A stretch of 64,000 nt of DNA from Pristiophorus japonicus (Eukaryota), in the NCBI RefSeq assembly GCF_044704955.1, contig NC_091995.1:5084001-5148000 (forward strand), read 5' to 3'. A model generated the notes under the pieces. That model did no database searches. It was given only the letters and a program-made list of their open reading frames with translations, and had not been told where the DNA came from. This document shows, in pieces, positions 1-13,887 of the stretch (positions within the stretch are counted from its first letter, which is position 1; each line of letters begins with the position of its first letter). The translations under genes and the position numbers were made by a program.

Positions 1-360
1 CTGCCTGCCTCTCTTCCGCGCGTACATCTGCGCCAGGGTGTCCTTGGAGATGGAGCACGTGGTGTCCACCGGTTCGCTCGCGGCCTTCCGCGAGAGGTGG
101 GCACCGGAGGGACTGGAGTGCATCATCACGCCCGGCAACCAAATTTTAATTTGATTTTATGTTTGAAAGTTTAATTTGTTTTAATTGCCGGTGTTTTTTT
201 AGTGTCCCCCCTCCCCTTTTATAGGGGGCACTTGGAGAAAAAAAATATATGATTTTAGTGCCCCAAAAAAAAGCACAAAAAAAAGGGCCTTGAAAATGTT
301 TGGTGTGTCCCCCAGATCGGGGGGACACGATTTAATGTTTTAGTTTCCTCCCAAAAAGAG
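1..360 (+). mobile_element. 3' end of Tx1-type (L1 superfamily) non-LTR retrotransposon
   Basis: Translates to CLPLFRAYICARVSLEMEHVVSTGSLAAFRERWAPEGLECIITPGNQILI*, nearly identical to the ORF2 C-terminus of the 38345-44161 element; same 3' UTR ending CCAAAAAGAG. Confidence 0.9.
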
Positions 361-577
361 TTCTGTGGACATGCCTTTGTCTGTACACATTGAAGATAAA
401 TGACAAAACGGTACTGGAGGAACAGGAAGGGCGAAATGACAATGTAAGAAATGCTGCAAGAGCACTGAACCCTCCCATGCAAGGATGGCCTAAAAAAAAA
501 TCAAGGCAATTTTCCTTTGTTATACATCCTGTTTTTGGTGAAAAAGTATTTTGCAAAGAGAATCTCACATATAAATA

Positions 578-3460
578 ATAAGAAACATAACATAAGAAAT
601 AAGAGCGCGAGTAGGCCATTTGGCTCCTCGAGCCTGCTTCGTCATTTAATACGATCATGGCTGATCTGATCATGGACTCATGTCCACTTCCCTGCCCGCT
701 CCCCATAACCCATAACCCCTTATTCCCTTATCGGTTAAGAAACTGTCTATCTGTCTTAAATTTAATTCAATGACCCGGCTTCCACAGCTCAGACAGAAAA
801 TTGCACAGATTTACAATCCTCAGAGAAAAAATTCCTCCTCATCTCAGTTTTAAATGGGTGGCCCCTTATTCTAAGATTATGCCCCCTAGTTCCAGTCTCC
901 CCTGTCAGTGGAAACATCTTCTCTGCTTCCACCTTGTCAAGCCCCCTCATAATCTTATACATTTCGATAAGATCACCTCTCATTTTTCTGAATTCCAATG
1001 AGTAGAGGCCCAACCTTTCCTCATAAGTCAACCCCTCATCTCCGGAATCAACCTAGTGAACCTTCTCTGAACTGTCTCCAAAGCAAGTATCTTAAATATG
1101 GAAACCAAAACTTTCTAGGTACGGCCTCACCAATACCCTGTATAACTATAGCAAGACTTGCCTGCTTTTATACTCCATCCCCTTTGCAATAAAGGCCAAG
1201 ATTCCACTGGCCTTCTTGATCACTTGTTGTACCTACATACTAACCTTGTGTTCGTTCACCAGGACCCCCAGGTCCTGCGATACTGCAGCACTTTGCAATT
1301 TTTCACCGTTTAAATAATAACTTGCTCTTTGATTCTTTTCTGCCAAAGTGCATAACCTCACACTTTCCAACATTATACTCCAGCTACCAAATTTTTGCCC
1401 ACTCACTTAGCCTGTCTATGTCCTTTTCCAGATGTTGTGTCCTCTCTCATTGCTTTACCTCCCATCTTTGTATCGTCAGCAAACTTGGCTACGTTACACT
1501 CGGTCCCTTCATCCAAGTCATTAATATAGATTGTAAATAGTTGGGGTCTCAGCACTGATCCCTGTGGCACCCCACTGGTTACTGATTGCCAACCCGAGAA
1601 TGAACCATTTCATCCCAACTCTCGGTTTTCTGTTAGTTAGCCAATCCGCTATCCATGCTAATATTACCCCCAACCCCGTGAACTTTTATCTTGTGCAATA
1701 ACATTTTATGTAGCACCTTGTCAAATGCCTTCTGGAAGTCCAAATACACCACATCCACTGGTTCCCCGTTATCCACCCTGTTAGTTATATCCTCTCAGAA
1801 TTCCAGCAAGTTTGTCAAACATGACTTTTCCTTCATAAATCCATGCTGACTCTGCCTGACTGAATTATGCTTTCCCAAATGTCCTACTGCTGCTTCTTTA
1901 GTAATGGATTCCAACATTTTCCCAACCACAGATGTCAGGCTAACTGGTTTATAGTTTCCTGCTTTTTGTCTGCCAACTTTTTTTAAATAGGGGTATTACA
2001 TTTACAGTTTTCCAATCTGCTGGGACCTCTCCAGAATCCAGTGGATTTTCGTAAATTACAACAATTGCATCCATCATCACTGCCGCTACTTCCCTTAAGA
2101 CCCTAGGATTCAATCCATCAGGTCCAGGGGATTTATCCGCCTTCAGTCCCTTTATCGTACCGAGTACCACCTCCTTAGTGATTGTGATTGTGTTAAGTTC
2201 CTTCCCCTCTTTAGCCCCTTGATTACCACTGTTGGGATATTTTTTAGTGTCCTCTACCGTAAGGACTGATACAAAATATTTGTTCGAAGTTTCTACCATC
2301 TCCATGCTCCCTATTACTAATTCCCCGGTCTCATCCTCTAAGAGATAAACATTTACTTTAGCCACTCTTTTCCTTTTTATATATCTGTAGAAACTTTTGC
2401 TATCTGTTTTTATATTTCCTGCTAGTTTACTTTCCTAATCGCTCTTTGCTGGCTTTTAAAAGCTTCCCAATCTCCTGTCCCCCCACTAGTTTTGGCCACT
2501 TTGTATGCTATTGTTTTTAATTGGATACCATCCTTTATTTCTTTAGTTAGCCACGGATAGCTATATTTTCTTTTACACCCTTTCCTCCTCACTGGAATAT
2601 ATTTTTCTTGAGAGTTATGAAATATCTTCTGAAATGTACGCCACTGTTCATCAACTGTCCTACACTTTAATCTATTTTCCCAGTCCACTTTGGCCAACTC
2701 TGCCCTCATACCTTTGTAGTCTCCTTCATTTAAGCTTGGTACGCTGGTTTGAGATCCAACTTTCTCGCCCTCCATCTGAATTTGATTCAACCATACTATG
2801 ATCACTCATTCCAAGGGGATCCTTTACAAGGAGATAGGATTAATAAACAATTTCATTATACAGGACCAGATCGAAGATAGCCTGCCCCCTGGTTGGTTCC
2901 ATTACACACTGATCAAGGAACCAGTTCCTATGCACTCTATGAACTCTTCCTCAAGGCTACCTTGACCAATTTGATTTGTCCAATCAATATGGAGGTTAAA
3001 ATCACCCATGATTATTGCTGTTCTCTTTTTACAAGACCCACTATTTCTTGGTTAATACTCCGATCAACAGAGTTGCTATTGTTGGGGGGCCTATAGACTA
3101 TGCCCACAGTGACTTTTTCCCCTCATTATTCCTTATCTGCACCCAAAATGTTTCAACATCCTGATCATTTGAGCCAATATCGTTTCTCACTGTTGCAGTG
3201 ATTCCATCCTTTATCAACAGATCTACCCCACCTCCTTTTCTTTGTCTGTCCTTCTGAATTGTCAAGTACCCCTGAATGTTTAGTTCCCAGTCCTGGTCAC
3301 CTTGCAACCACATCTCTGTATGGCTACCAGATCATACCCATTTGTAACTATTTGTGCCAACAGCTCATCTAATTTGTTATGAACGCTGCGTACATTCAGA
3401 TAAAGAACTTTTAAGTGTGTTTTCTTCCCGTTTTCTCCTGCTATGGCTCCTCGGGCGTAC
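578..3460 (-). mobile_element. CR1 LINE, degenerate ORF2 (APE + RT) with 3' tail
   Basis: Fragments YLNVRSVHNK, GGGVDLLIK, KSPGPDGLNPRVL, YEERL-GLYSLEFRKMRGDLIE; aacataag-type tail near 580-600. Confidence 0.9.
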
Positions 3461-4250
3461 TCTCCTGAAATAGACAGAAACACAAATGTTAACGCACAGC
3501 AGACCGATAGCAGTGCCCAAACAGACTAAACAAGGCTGGACTTTGCAGCACGAAAGAGCCCGAGAGTCAATAGTAAAGTGTGGAGCAACTCGCTGATCTG
3601 AAAATCTAATGATCAACAGCGAGTGGATAGTATTGGACTAATTGAGTCAGACTTTAGTGAAGTGGATGGGCTGGTACTCAATATTGAGGGCGAGTCACTG
3701 GGGACCTGTGACAGGGATTTTTGCAACAGGGTCAGCAAGAAACAGAAAGAAAGAAATCGAGCACAAAAGATAATAGAGAATACACTGACGGCAGGACGAT
3801 CTCCTGTAAAGACGCTGAGAAAGCCACAACAATGTGAGATATAGGAACATAGGAACAGGAGGAGGCCATTCAGCACCTCGAGCCTGTTCCACCATTCAAT
3901 TAGATCAAGGACTAACTCCGAATGCAGAAGACCAAGTCATAGAGGAAGAAGTAGTTCAGAAGCCAGAGAACATGGTTAGGATAAAGATGCAGTTAGTGAG
4001 GTGCAGGGAGATTCTGGCTGTAGGGAGGTGAGTGTGGTAATGATGATGAGTTGGTTACCTAGAGATAGGTCTGTGCGCATTGAAGATAAATGACAAAAGA
4101 TACTGGAGGAGCAGGAAGGGCTAAATGACAATGTAAGAAATCCTGTAAGGACTCTGAACCCTCCCATGCAAGGATGGCCTAGAAAATCAAGGCAATTTCC
4201 TTTGCCATACTTCCTGTTCTGGGTGATAAAGATCTTTGCAAAACAACTCG
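3461..4250. repeat. Low-copy duplicated segment of unknown class (possibly old LINE-derived)
   Basis: 3461-4130 matches the reverse complement of ~46550-47290; 4069-4235 matches 379-547 directly. Confidence 0.7.
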
Positions 4251-4699
4251 TAAATATTAATAACTGCCAGTCAACTTGCTGCTAAAATAATATGGGACTT
4301 TGAAAAGTAAATGGTATTGTTCTTGTGACAAAAAGTGGGAGAGAGATGACTAAATAAAAACAATGGAACTGGTCAGGAACATTGAAGTAGCTGCAAGAAG
4401 CATTTACATTGGATAGGAGGGAGAAGGTCAGGAGGAAAGGTGATCCACATGACATTGATTACAGAGTGGAATCTAGACAGCAGGTGGGTGATATACAAGA
4501 ACCGGGTAACATTAACAAGGGTAAACTGGGGGCCAAAAGATGGGAACATCTACAATAAGCTGTATAGACGGGAATGCTGAATGCATTAGGGATCAGCAAT
4601 TCCAAAACATGAGGCTACTGTAGCACTCGGGAACTACAGTGTTGTGGGAATATTATAAACATGGCTGACTGCAGAGGATGGTGCACAGGGACAGGAGGA

Positions 4700-5880
4700 G
4701 CCTGTTCCACCATTCAGTTAGATCATGGCTGATCTGTACCTCAACTGCATTTACCCACTTTTGCTCCATATCCCTTGATGCCCTTAACCAACAATAATCT
4801 ACCCATCTCAGTCTTGGAAATGTTGAAATGTTTGATCCTCACATTCAGTCTTTTGAGGGAGAGTGTTCCAGATTTCCACAACCCTGTGAATGAATTTTTA
4901 AAAAAGAAAAAAGTATTAAGGCAGAGCAGAGTGGACAGCAAGGATGTGATGTGGGCCTGGATGTCAAAGGCAGTGAGGAGATTAAAGCAGTTCATCCTGT
5001 GAAAGAGCTCTCCAATTTATTCCCACACCCAAGTCTTTCCCCATAACCTTGCAAATTAAACCTCTTCAAGTACATGTCCAATTGCCTTTTGAAAGTCCCT
5101 CTGGAATCTACATCCAACACCCTTTCAGTTTCCAAATCTAAATAACACTTTGTGAAAAAATATCTCCACATTTCCCCTCTAGTTCTCTTGCCAATTATTT
5201 TAAATCTATGACCTCTGGCTACCGATCCACTTACCAGAAGAAACGCTTTCTCCCCGTTTGCTCAATCAAACCCCTCAGAATTTTGAATACCTCTATTAGG
5301 TGTCCCCCGTGACCTTCTCTGCTCCAAGGAGAACAATCCCAGATTCTGCAATCTCTCCATTTAACTCAAGTCCCTCATTCCTATTGTCATCCGAGTAAAC
5401 CTCTTTCTTACCCTCTCCAGGACCTTGACATCCTTCCTCAAGTGGGGTTCCCAGAATTCTACACAATACTCCAGCTGAGGCCTAACCAGTGATTTGCAAA
5501 GGTTTAGTATGACTTCCTTGCTTTTGAATTCAGTGCCCCCATTTACAAAGCCAAGTATCCCACAAGCTTTCTCGACTGTCTTATCAACTTGCCCTGCCAC
5601 CTTCAAAGATTTGTGAACATTTACCCCAGTTCCTTCTGTTCTTGCACAATCCTCAAAATAGCACCATGAAGATTATACTGCCTCTCCATGTTGTTTGCCC
5701 CACAATGCATCACTTCACACTCATCCACATTAATTGTATCTGCCATGTGTCTGCCCATTTCTCCAGTCTGTCCTCCTCAAGTCTGCTACTATCCTGCTCA
5801 CTATTCCCTACATTGCCAAGTTTTCTCTCATCTGATAATTTCAAAATTGTATTTTCTATCCCCAAGTGCAGGTTATTTAT
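4700..5880 (-). mobile_element. Old CR1 3'/RT fragments
   Basis: KSLVRPQLEYCVEFWEPHLRKD..LERVRKRFTRM, typical of the CR1 RT C-terminal region. Confidence 0.75.
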
Positions 5881-6350
5881 CTACAAGGAAAGCTTATCAT
5901 GAATGGTCTCGGATTTCTCGCAGATTTGTCTCCATTCTGAATAAAATATCATCCTTTTCTTCATTCAGTTCTTCGACCAAGTTCCATTCCTCTTCATCCA
6001 AAATATTGCGCAATGTAGAAAATTCAGAGGCGATGAGGTTCTGCGATTGATTCGACTGCTCCTGTGAAGACAAAAAGAGTTTGTTAAAGGAGGAAGCAAA
6101 ACTATCGCAGGTCACCAGTACATTGATCACAATGCTTAATAAACACCAAGCCACACTGCTGAAAATGCATAGGGATAGAGTTCTGTTCGCCAGGCATGGG
6201 GTGCATAACACGCTACCCATAGAGGCACAGACCACATCGGCCCACTGAGAACTCACCTTCATTTCGGAGATGTTCTCTTACTGTTTAAGCTCAAAATCGT
6301 CAAGGGGTTTTCTTCTGCCTCAGAGAATGTAGGATTGTGTTCATTTTCAC
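5880..6350 (-). pseudogene. Divergent TRIM coiled-coil exons (exon 2 at 6257-6350, exon 3 from ~6061), pseudogene
   Basis: AG/GT-bounded exon 2 with frameshift and stop (VKMNTILHSLRQKK..LDDFELKQ*ENISEMK|gtgag); next exon EQSNQSQNLIASEFSTLRNILDEEE..METNLREI resembles exon 3 of the TRIM at 53959-54192. Confidence 0.7.
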
Positions 6351-7039
6351 CTGAAATTTAAATTAAATAAGGTCTGAAGCAAAAAAAAACAGGGGGGAAA
6401 TGAGGGGAATGCACTGCCTGAAAGGGCAGGGGAAGCAGATTCAATATAGTAACTTTCAAAATAGAATTGGATAAATAGTTGAGTAGGAGACATTCACAGG
6501 GCTCTGGGGAAAGAGCAGGGAGTGAGACTAATGGGACAGCTCTTTCAAAGAGCCAGCACAGGCACGATGGGCAGAATGGCCTCCTCCTGTGCTGTGTGTG
6601 TCTATGATTCTAGGCACTGACAACAGAGTCAGGGCTTTGCTAAAATTAGATCAAAAGTGAATTTTTAAAAATTCTTAGCTAGAATAACTGTTTTAACTGC
6701 ACTCCATAATGGTTGCAGTTGTTGCAAAGCTGAAGTGGAGTCAAACTCTCTCCTGGTCCACAGTCAATGGAAACTATTGATCTTCAGAGTTACTCTGCAC
6801 ATCTCCCCTCGCCATCAATCTCAAACTGCTTTGCATCAACACACAGTAAGTGGCATGACTGTCCCAATCACACTGAGCCGGGACATACTGAGTTACGACA
6901 TGCAGAATCAGCTGAACTATAAACAGAAGAACTGAGCTTTCTAAACTTCAACAACATTACAGATTCACACTAAGATTCCCGCCCTCCTCCAGCTCACAAG
7001 ATATCCTGAAATGTAAATAAAATGCAAAGTCAGGCAACA

Positions 7040-7300
7040 CCAAGTTTCCTATTTGGAAGGAGAGCAGGGGAGTTCTCCCGAGTGTCCTGGGCCAATATTT
7101 ATCCCTCAAACAACATCACAAACAGATGAGCTGGTCATTGCCACATTGCTGTTCGTGGGATCTTGCTGTGTGCAAATTGGCTGCTGCTTTTCCTACTTTA
7201 CAATATTGACTACACTTCAAAAGTACTTCATTGGTTGTAAAGCACTTTGGGACGTCCTGAGCTTGTGAAAGACGCGATATAAATGCAAGTCTTTCTTTCT
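7040..7300 (+). mobile_element. Deu-domain SINE (SacSINE1-like), 3' part
   Basis: gtgtcctgggccaatatttatccctca...acttcaaaagtacttcattgg...gatataaatgcaagtctttc; related copies elsewhere in the window. Confidence 0.65.
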
Positions 7301-7659
7301 AAGGGACTAACACACACCATTATTGCAGCAAGACATGCCCTCTGCTAGAAACTGTCAGACACGAGTCAGCGACAGTGTGTGACTGAGATAGTCCTGATAC
7401 AGTATCATTTTCTGGCCTTGCTGATTCCATCATTTCTTACCCATACTCCGGCTATCAGCAGATTCTTTACACAAGTCTAATTTAAGCACATACATACACA
7501 CCTTACAATAGACGACAGCCCCCTCACACAAAACAGAAGATCCTATGCACAGATTGTCTTTAACCCATGACCAAGATTACCCATTGTATGATGGGGATTA
7601 TTTGTATCCCACCTCCTACTCACCTCACCCCCTTCCTCTCCCCCCTCCCCAATGTACAT

Positions 7660-8040
7660 TGGGCCCATACTCTCTGGAATTAAGAAGAAAGAGAGGTGTT
7701 CTCATTGAAACACAAGATTCTGAGGGGTACTGACAGGGTAGATGCTGAGAGGTTGTTTCCCTTGTCTGGAGAGTCTAGAACTAGGGGACATAGTCTCAGG
7801 ATAAGCAGTCGGCCATTGAAGACTGAGATGAGGAATTTCTTTGCTGAGAGGGATGTGAATCTTTGGAATTCTCTATCCCAAAGGGCTGTGGATGCTGAGT
7901 CTCTGAGTATATTTAAGGCTGAAATCGATAGATTTTTGAAATCTGGCGGAATCAAGGGTTCTGGTGATCAGGCAGGAAAGTGGAGTTATGATCAAAGATC
8001 AGCTATAATCTTATTGAATGGCATAGCAGACTCGAATGGT
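7660..8040 (+). mobile_element. CR1 3' fragment
   Basis: ERLFPLSGESRTRGHSLRI..RNFF..NLWNSL. Confidence 0.85.
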
Positions 8041-8309
8041 AAGGGGTGGGCGGGTGTTGGCCCTGATAATAAGGGATGACAGCAAAGGATAATAAAGAAT
8101 GTTTACCTAATTTCCCCTTAATTGCATCTGTGCTATTCGCCTCAACCACTGCATGCGATAGTGAATTCCATATTCTCAGCACTCTCTGGGTAAAGAAGTA
8201 TTCCTCTTAAAACTGCGCCTTCATATAGTGACAGGAGGGAGATAATTGTACCGAGAACTGCCCCCAACTCCTCCTATCTTTTTTTCTGTATTACCAGTTT
8301 GGGTTTTTT

Positions 8310-8645
8310 AAGGCTCAGAAGGTTATGGGTTTAAGTCCTGCTCCAGAACCTTGAGCACAAAATCTAGGCTGACACTCCAATGCAGTGCTGAGGGAGCACT
8401 GCACTGTCGGAGGTGCCTTCTTTCAGATGAGATCTTAAACCGAGCCCCCTCTACCCTCTCAGGTGGATGTAAAAGATTTCATGACACTATTTTGAAGAGC
8501 ATACCCACAATGCCCTGGCCAATATTTAGACCTCAAAAAACATTATTTGGTCGCTAACACATAGCTGCTTGTGGAAGCTTGCCGTCTGCAGTTTGATGGC
8601 CACGTTTCCTACATTACAACACAAGTACACTTCAAAAGTACTTCC
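8310..8645 (+). mobile_element. Deu-domain SINE with tRNA-like head
   Basis: cagaaggttatgggtttaagtcc head; body similar to 7040-7300. Confidence 0.6.
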
Positions 8646-8839
8646 AGATCACAACAACTCGCTGTGTTAAAAAAATGTTTCATGGTGCCCCTGGTTCTTT
8701 ATCGCATTACCTTAAATCGGTGTCGAACAATTGACACTGAGCCACGTGAAGCGATATTAAGACAGGTGACCAAAAGCTAGTCAAAGAGGTAGGTTTTAAG
8801 AAGCGGCTTAAAGGAGGAGAGAGGCTGTACAGGTTTAGT

Positions 8840-11800
8840 GAGTGTTTGCTGGTGCTGTTGGGGAGGGTTTAAACTAACATGGTAGGGGGATGGGAATCTA
8901 TTCAGGCAGGCAGAGGGAAGTAAAAAGGGGGCAGAAGTAAAAGGTAGGAAGGAGAAAAGTAAGAGTGGAAGGCAGAGAAATCAAGGGCAAAAATCAAAAA
9001 GGGACACATTACAACATAATTCTAAAAGGACAAAGAATGCTGAAAAAACAAGCCTGAAGGCTCTGAGTCTCAATGTGAGGAGGATTCGTAATAAGGTGGA
9101 TGAATTAACTGCACAGATAGCTGTTAGTGCATATTGGGATTACGGAGACATGGCTCCCGGGTGACCAAGGCTGGGAACTCAACATCCAGGGGTATTCAAT
9201 ATTCAGGAAGGATAGACAGAAAGGAAAAGGAGGTGGGGTAGCATTACTGGTTAAAGAGGAGATTAGCGTAATAGTAAGGAAAGACATTAGCTTGGATGAT
9301 GTGGAATCTATATGGGTAAAGCTGTGAAACACCAAAGGGCAAAGAATGTTAGTGGGAGTTGTGTACAGACCACCAAACAGTCGTGGTGAGGTTGGGGATT
9401 GCATCAAACAGGAAATTAGATGCGTGCAATAAAGGTACAGCAGTTATCATGGGTGACTTTAATCTAAATATAGATTGGGCTAAACAAACTGGTAGCAATA
9501 CTGCAGAGCAGGATTTCCTGGAGTATATAAGGGATGGTTTTCGAGATCAATATGTTGAGGAATCAACTAGAGAGCAGGCCAACCTAGGACTGGGTCTTGT
9601 GTAATGAGAGAGGATTAATTAGCAATTTTGTTGTGCGAGGCACTTGGGGAAGAGTGACCATAATATGGTAGAATTCTTTATTAAGATGGAGAGTGACACA
9701 GTTAATTCAGAGACTAGGGTCCTGAACTTAAGGAAAGGTAACTTCGATGGTATGAGACGTGAATTGGCTAGGATAGACTGGCGAATGATACTTAAAGAGT
9801 TGACGGTAGATAGGCAATGGCAGACATTTAAAGATCACATGGATGAACTACAACAATTGTACATCCCTGTCTGGCGTAAAAATAAAACGGGGAAGGTGGC
9901 TCAACCGTGGCTAACAAGGAAAATTAGGGATAGTGTCCAAGGAAGAGTCATATAAATTGGCCAGACAAAGTAACAAACCTGAGGACTGGGAGAAATTTAG
10001 AATTCAGCACAGGAAGACAAAGGGTTTAATTAGTAGTGGGGAAATAGAGTATGAGAGTAAGCTGCAGGGAACATAAAAACTGACTAAAAAGCTTCTATAG
10101 ATATGTGAAGAGAAAAAGATTAGTGAAGACAAACATAGGTCGCTTGCAGTCAGAATCAGGTGAATTTATAATGGGAAACAAGGAAATGGCAGACCAATTG
10201 AACAAATACTTTGGTTCTGTCTTCACTAAGGAAGACACAAATAACCTCCCGAAAATACGAGAGGACCGAGGGTCTAGCGAGAAGGAGGAACTGAGGGAAA
10301 TCCTTATTAGTCAGGAAATGGTGTTAGGGTAATTGATGGGATTGAAGGCCAATAAATTACCAGGGCCTGATAATCTGCATCCCAGAGTACATAAGGAAGT
10401 GGCCCTAGAAATAGTAGATGCATTGATGGTCATTTTCCAACATTCCATGGACTCTAGATCAGTTCCTATGGACTGGAGGGTTGCTAATGTAACTCCACTT
10501 TTTAAAAAAGGAGAGAAAACAGGGAATTATAGACCGGTTAGCCCGACATCAGTAGTGGACAAAATGCTGAATCAATTATTAAGGATGTAATAACAACGCA
10601 TTTGGAAATCAGTGACAGGATCGGTCCAAGTCAGCATGGATTTATGGAAGGGAAATCATGGTTGACAAATCTTCTAGAATTTTTTGAGGATGTAATTAGT
10701 AAAGTGGATAAGGGAGAACCAGTGGATGTGGTGTATTTGGACTTTCAAAAGGCTTTTGACAAGGTCCCACAGAAGAGATTAGTGTGCAAAATTAAGGCAC
10801 ATTGTATTGGGGGTAATGTATTGATGTGGATAGAGAACTGGTTAGCAGATAGGAAGCCAAGAGTGGGAATAAACGGATCCTTTTCAGAATGGCAGGCACT
10901 GACTAGTGGGGTACCGCAAGGTTCAGTGCTGGGACCCCAGCTATTTACAATATATATAAATGATTTAAACAAAAGAATTGAATGTAATATCTCCAAGTTT
11001 GCAGATGACACTAAGCTGGGTGCGAGTTGTGAGGAGGATGCCAAGAGGCTGCAGGGTGACTTGGACAGGTTAGGTGAGTGGGCAAATACATGGCAAATGC
11101 AGTATAATGTGGTTAAGTGTGAGGTTATGCACTTTGGTGGCAAAAACAGGAAGGCAGATAGAAACGTAGAAAATAGGTGCAGGAGTAGGCCATTCAATGA
11201 GTTCATGGCTGAACATGCAACTTCAGGTCCCCATTCCTGCTTTCTCGCCATACCCTTTGATCCCCCTAGTAGTAAGGACTACATCTAACTCTAACTCTAA
11301 TTTGTCCTGCTTTTTGTGGTCTGGACATACCTGGACAGTTTTCCACATTGTTGGGTAGATGCCAGTGTTGTAGGTGTACTGGAACAGCATGGCTCGAGGC
11401 GCGGCTAGTTCTGGAACAAGTCTTCAGCACGACAGCCTGGATTTTGTCAGGGCCCGTAGCCTTCGCTGTATCCAATCCACTTAACCGTTTCTTGATATCA
11501 TATGGAGTGAATCAAATTGGCTGAAGACTGGCTTCTGTGATGGTGGGGACCTCGGGAGGAGGCCGAGATAGATCATCCACTCGGCACTTTTGGCTGAAAA
11601 TTATTGCAAATGCTTCAGCCTTGTCTTTTGCACTCGCATCCTGGGCTTTGCCATCATTGAGGGTGGAGGTATTCATGGAGCCTCCTCCTCCTGTTAGTTG
11701 TTTAGTTGTCCACCACTAATCACGACTGGATGTGGCAGGACTGCAGAGCTTTGATCTGATCTGTTGCTTGTGGGATTGCTTAGTTCTGTCAATAGCATGT

Positions 11801-12822
11801 TGCTTTCACTGTTTAGCATGCATGTAGTCCTGTGTTGCAGCTTTCCCAGGTTGGCACATCATTTTTAGGTTTGCCTGATGCTGCTCCTGGCATGCTCTTC
11901 TGCACTCCTCGTTAAACCAGGGTTGGTTGCCTGGCTTGATGGTAATGGTAGAGTGAGGGATATGCCGGGCCATGAGGTTATCGATTGTGATGGAGTACAA
12001 TTCTGCTGCTGCTGATGGTCCACAGCACCTCATGGATGCCCAGTTTTGAGCTGTTGGATCTGTTCTGAATCTATCCCATTTAGCACGCTGGTTTATCTGA
12101 ATGGTGACAGATTAGTAAAAGCGGAGGTGCAACGAGTCCTGGGTGTCACAGAACATCAGTCATTGAAAATAGGCATGCAGGTACAGGAGGCAGTTAAGAA
12201 AGCAAATGGCATGTTGGCCTTCATAGCGAGAGGATTTGAGTATAGGAGCAGGGAGGTCTTACTGCAGTTGTACAGAGCCTTGGTGAGACCACACCTTGAG
12301 TATTGTGGTCTCCTAATTGGAGGAAGGACATTCTTGCTATTGAGGGAGTGCAGCAAAGGTTCACCAGACTGATTCCCGGGATGGCAGGACTGACATATGA
12401 AGAAAGACTGGATCGACTAGGATTATATTCACTGGAATTTAGATGAATGAGAGGGGATCTCATAGAAGCATATAAAATTCTGACAGGACTGGACAGGTTA
12501 GATGCAGGAAGAATGTTCCCGATGTTGGAGAAGTCCAGAACCAGGGGTCACAGTCTAAGGATAAGGGGTAAGCCAGAAAGGACTGAGATGAGGAAAAACT
12601 GTTTCACCCAGAGAATTGTGAATCTATGGAATTCTCTACCACAGAAAATTGTTGGATATATTCAAAAGGAAGTTAGATGTGGCCCTTGGAGCTAAAGGGA
12701 TTCGGGGTATGGAGAGAAGGCAGGAGTGGATTACTGAAGTTGCATGATCAGCCATGATCATATTGAATGGTGATGCAGGCTCGAAGGGCCGAATAGCCTG
12801 GTCCTGCACCTATTTTCTGTGT
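8840..12822 (+). mobile_element. CR1 LINE (end of ORF1 + ORF2), interrupted
   Basis: [39 protein letters not shown]; several stops and frameshifts; resumes at ~12090. Confidence 0.92.
11158..12090 (-). mobile_element. Nested antisense CR1 pieces (3' tail plus HER1-like ORF2 fragment)
   Basis: 3' tail at 11158-11290; PWFNEECRRACQEQ and KATGPDKI..VLK belong to a different CR1 family. Confidence 0.75.
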
Positions 12823-12824
12823 TG

Positions 12825-13305
12825 CTAAGAACATAATAGGAACAGGAGTAGGCCATATGGCCCCTCGAGACTGCTCTGCCATTCAATAAGATCATGGCTG
12901 ATCTGATCACATTCTGAGACTATAGCCCCTGGTTCTAGATTCCTCAGCCAGATGAAACATCCTTCCTGCATCAACTTGTCAAGCCCTGTAAGAATTGTGT
13001 ATGCTTCAATGAGATCACCTCTCATTCTTCCAAACTCTAGAGAATATCGGCCTCGTCTACTCAATCTCTCCTCATAGGACAATCCCCCCATCCCAGGAAT
13101 CAGTCTGGTGAACTTTCATTGCACTCCCTCAATGGCAAGTATATCCTTCTTTAGGTGAGGAGACCAAAACTGTACACAAGACTCCAGGTGTGGTCTCACC
13201 AGGGCCCGATATAATTGCAGTAAAACATCTTTACTCATCCTCAAATCCTCTTGTAAATAAAGGCCAACATACCATTTGGTTTCTTAATTGCTTGCACATT
13301 GGTTA
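12825..13305 (-). mobile_element. CR1 3' fragment
   Basis: GLSYEERLS..YSLEF.RMRGDLIE plus 3' tail. Confidence 0.85.
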
Positions 13306-13392
13306 CCTGGGTAAAAAAAAATGCATCCTTCAACACTGAGCTTCCCAAAATGTTCATGTGCTTTTGGCACATTTCCCACTCTCCCTGCTGAC

Positions 13393-13540
13393 CTGTTTTC
13401 ATTCTCCAGTTTGTGCGTGTTCCTGTTGGCAGCGTCCAGCACGATCTGGAACACGGTTAATCGGTCCTTGTGCGTCTCCTCTTGCTGTACACGCAGCATC
13501 TTGTTCTCCTGCTGCAACCGAATGACCTTCTCCTGGAGCT
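13393..13540 (-). CDS. Orphan exon homologous to the HOOK family coiled-coil segment
   Basis: (E)LQEKVIRLQQENKMLRVQQEETHKDRLTVFQIVLDAANRNTHKLENENR resembles HOOK1/2/3 EKLIRLQHENKML..LDDAN..ELETENR (recalled from memory); ttcctgcag acceptor and AG|gtcag donor. Confidence 0.7.
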
Positions 13541-13887
13541 CTGCAGGAAGAGAATCCAGAGCTTAGGGCCCAGGCAGCTGAAGGCACGGCTGCGGTTTGT
13601 TCATTTAAAAATGATACAATATATCGTGCCCGCTGCAAATAACTGAGACTTGGCAGGTAGGTAACTAGGTGCATTACCTTCCAATGGATTACACATTGGA
13701 TCTGTACCATCTGCAGCACATCCTGTAGCTACCAGCCAGGACTGTGGCTCACTCACTGGGCAGCAGACCCTGTCATTGTAAACACTATTTAAATGTGTTT
13801 CCCCTCTGTGTAACAATCCACAACAAAATCCCACACATTATATATAGTACAGACTGGAGCAAACACATCCCCCCATTCCCCCCTTAC

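Noticed and set aside
3623-3844. MDSIGLIESDFSEVDGLVLNIEG ORF shared with 46860-47050
   Set aside because: Similarity comes from the duplication; frames diverge with stops and no domain is recognisable
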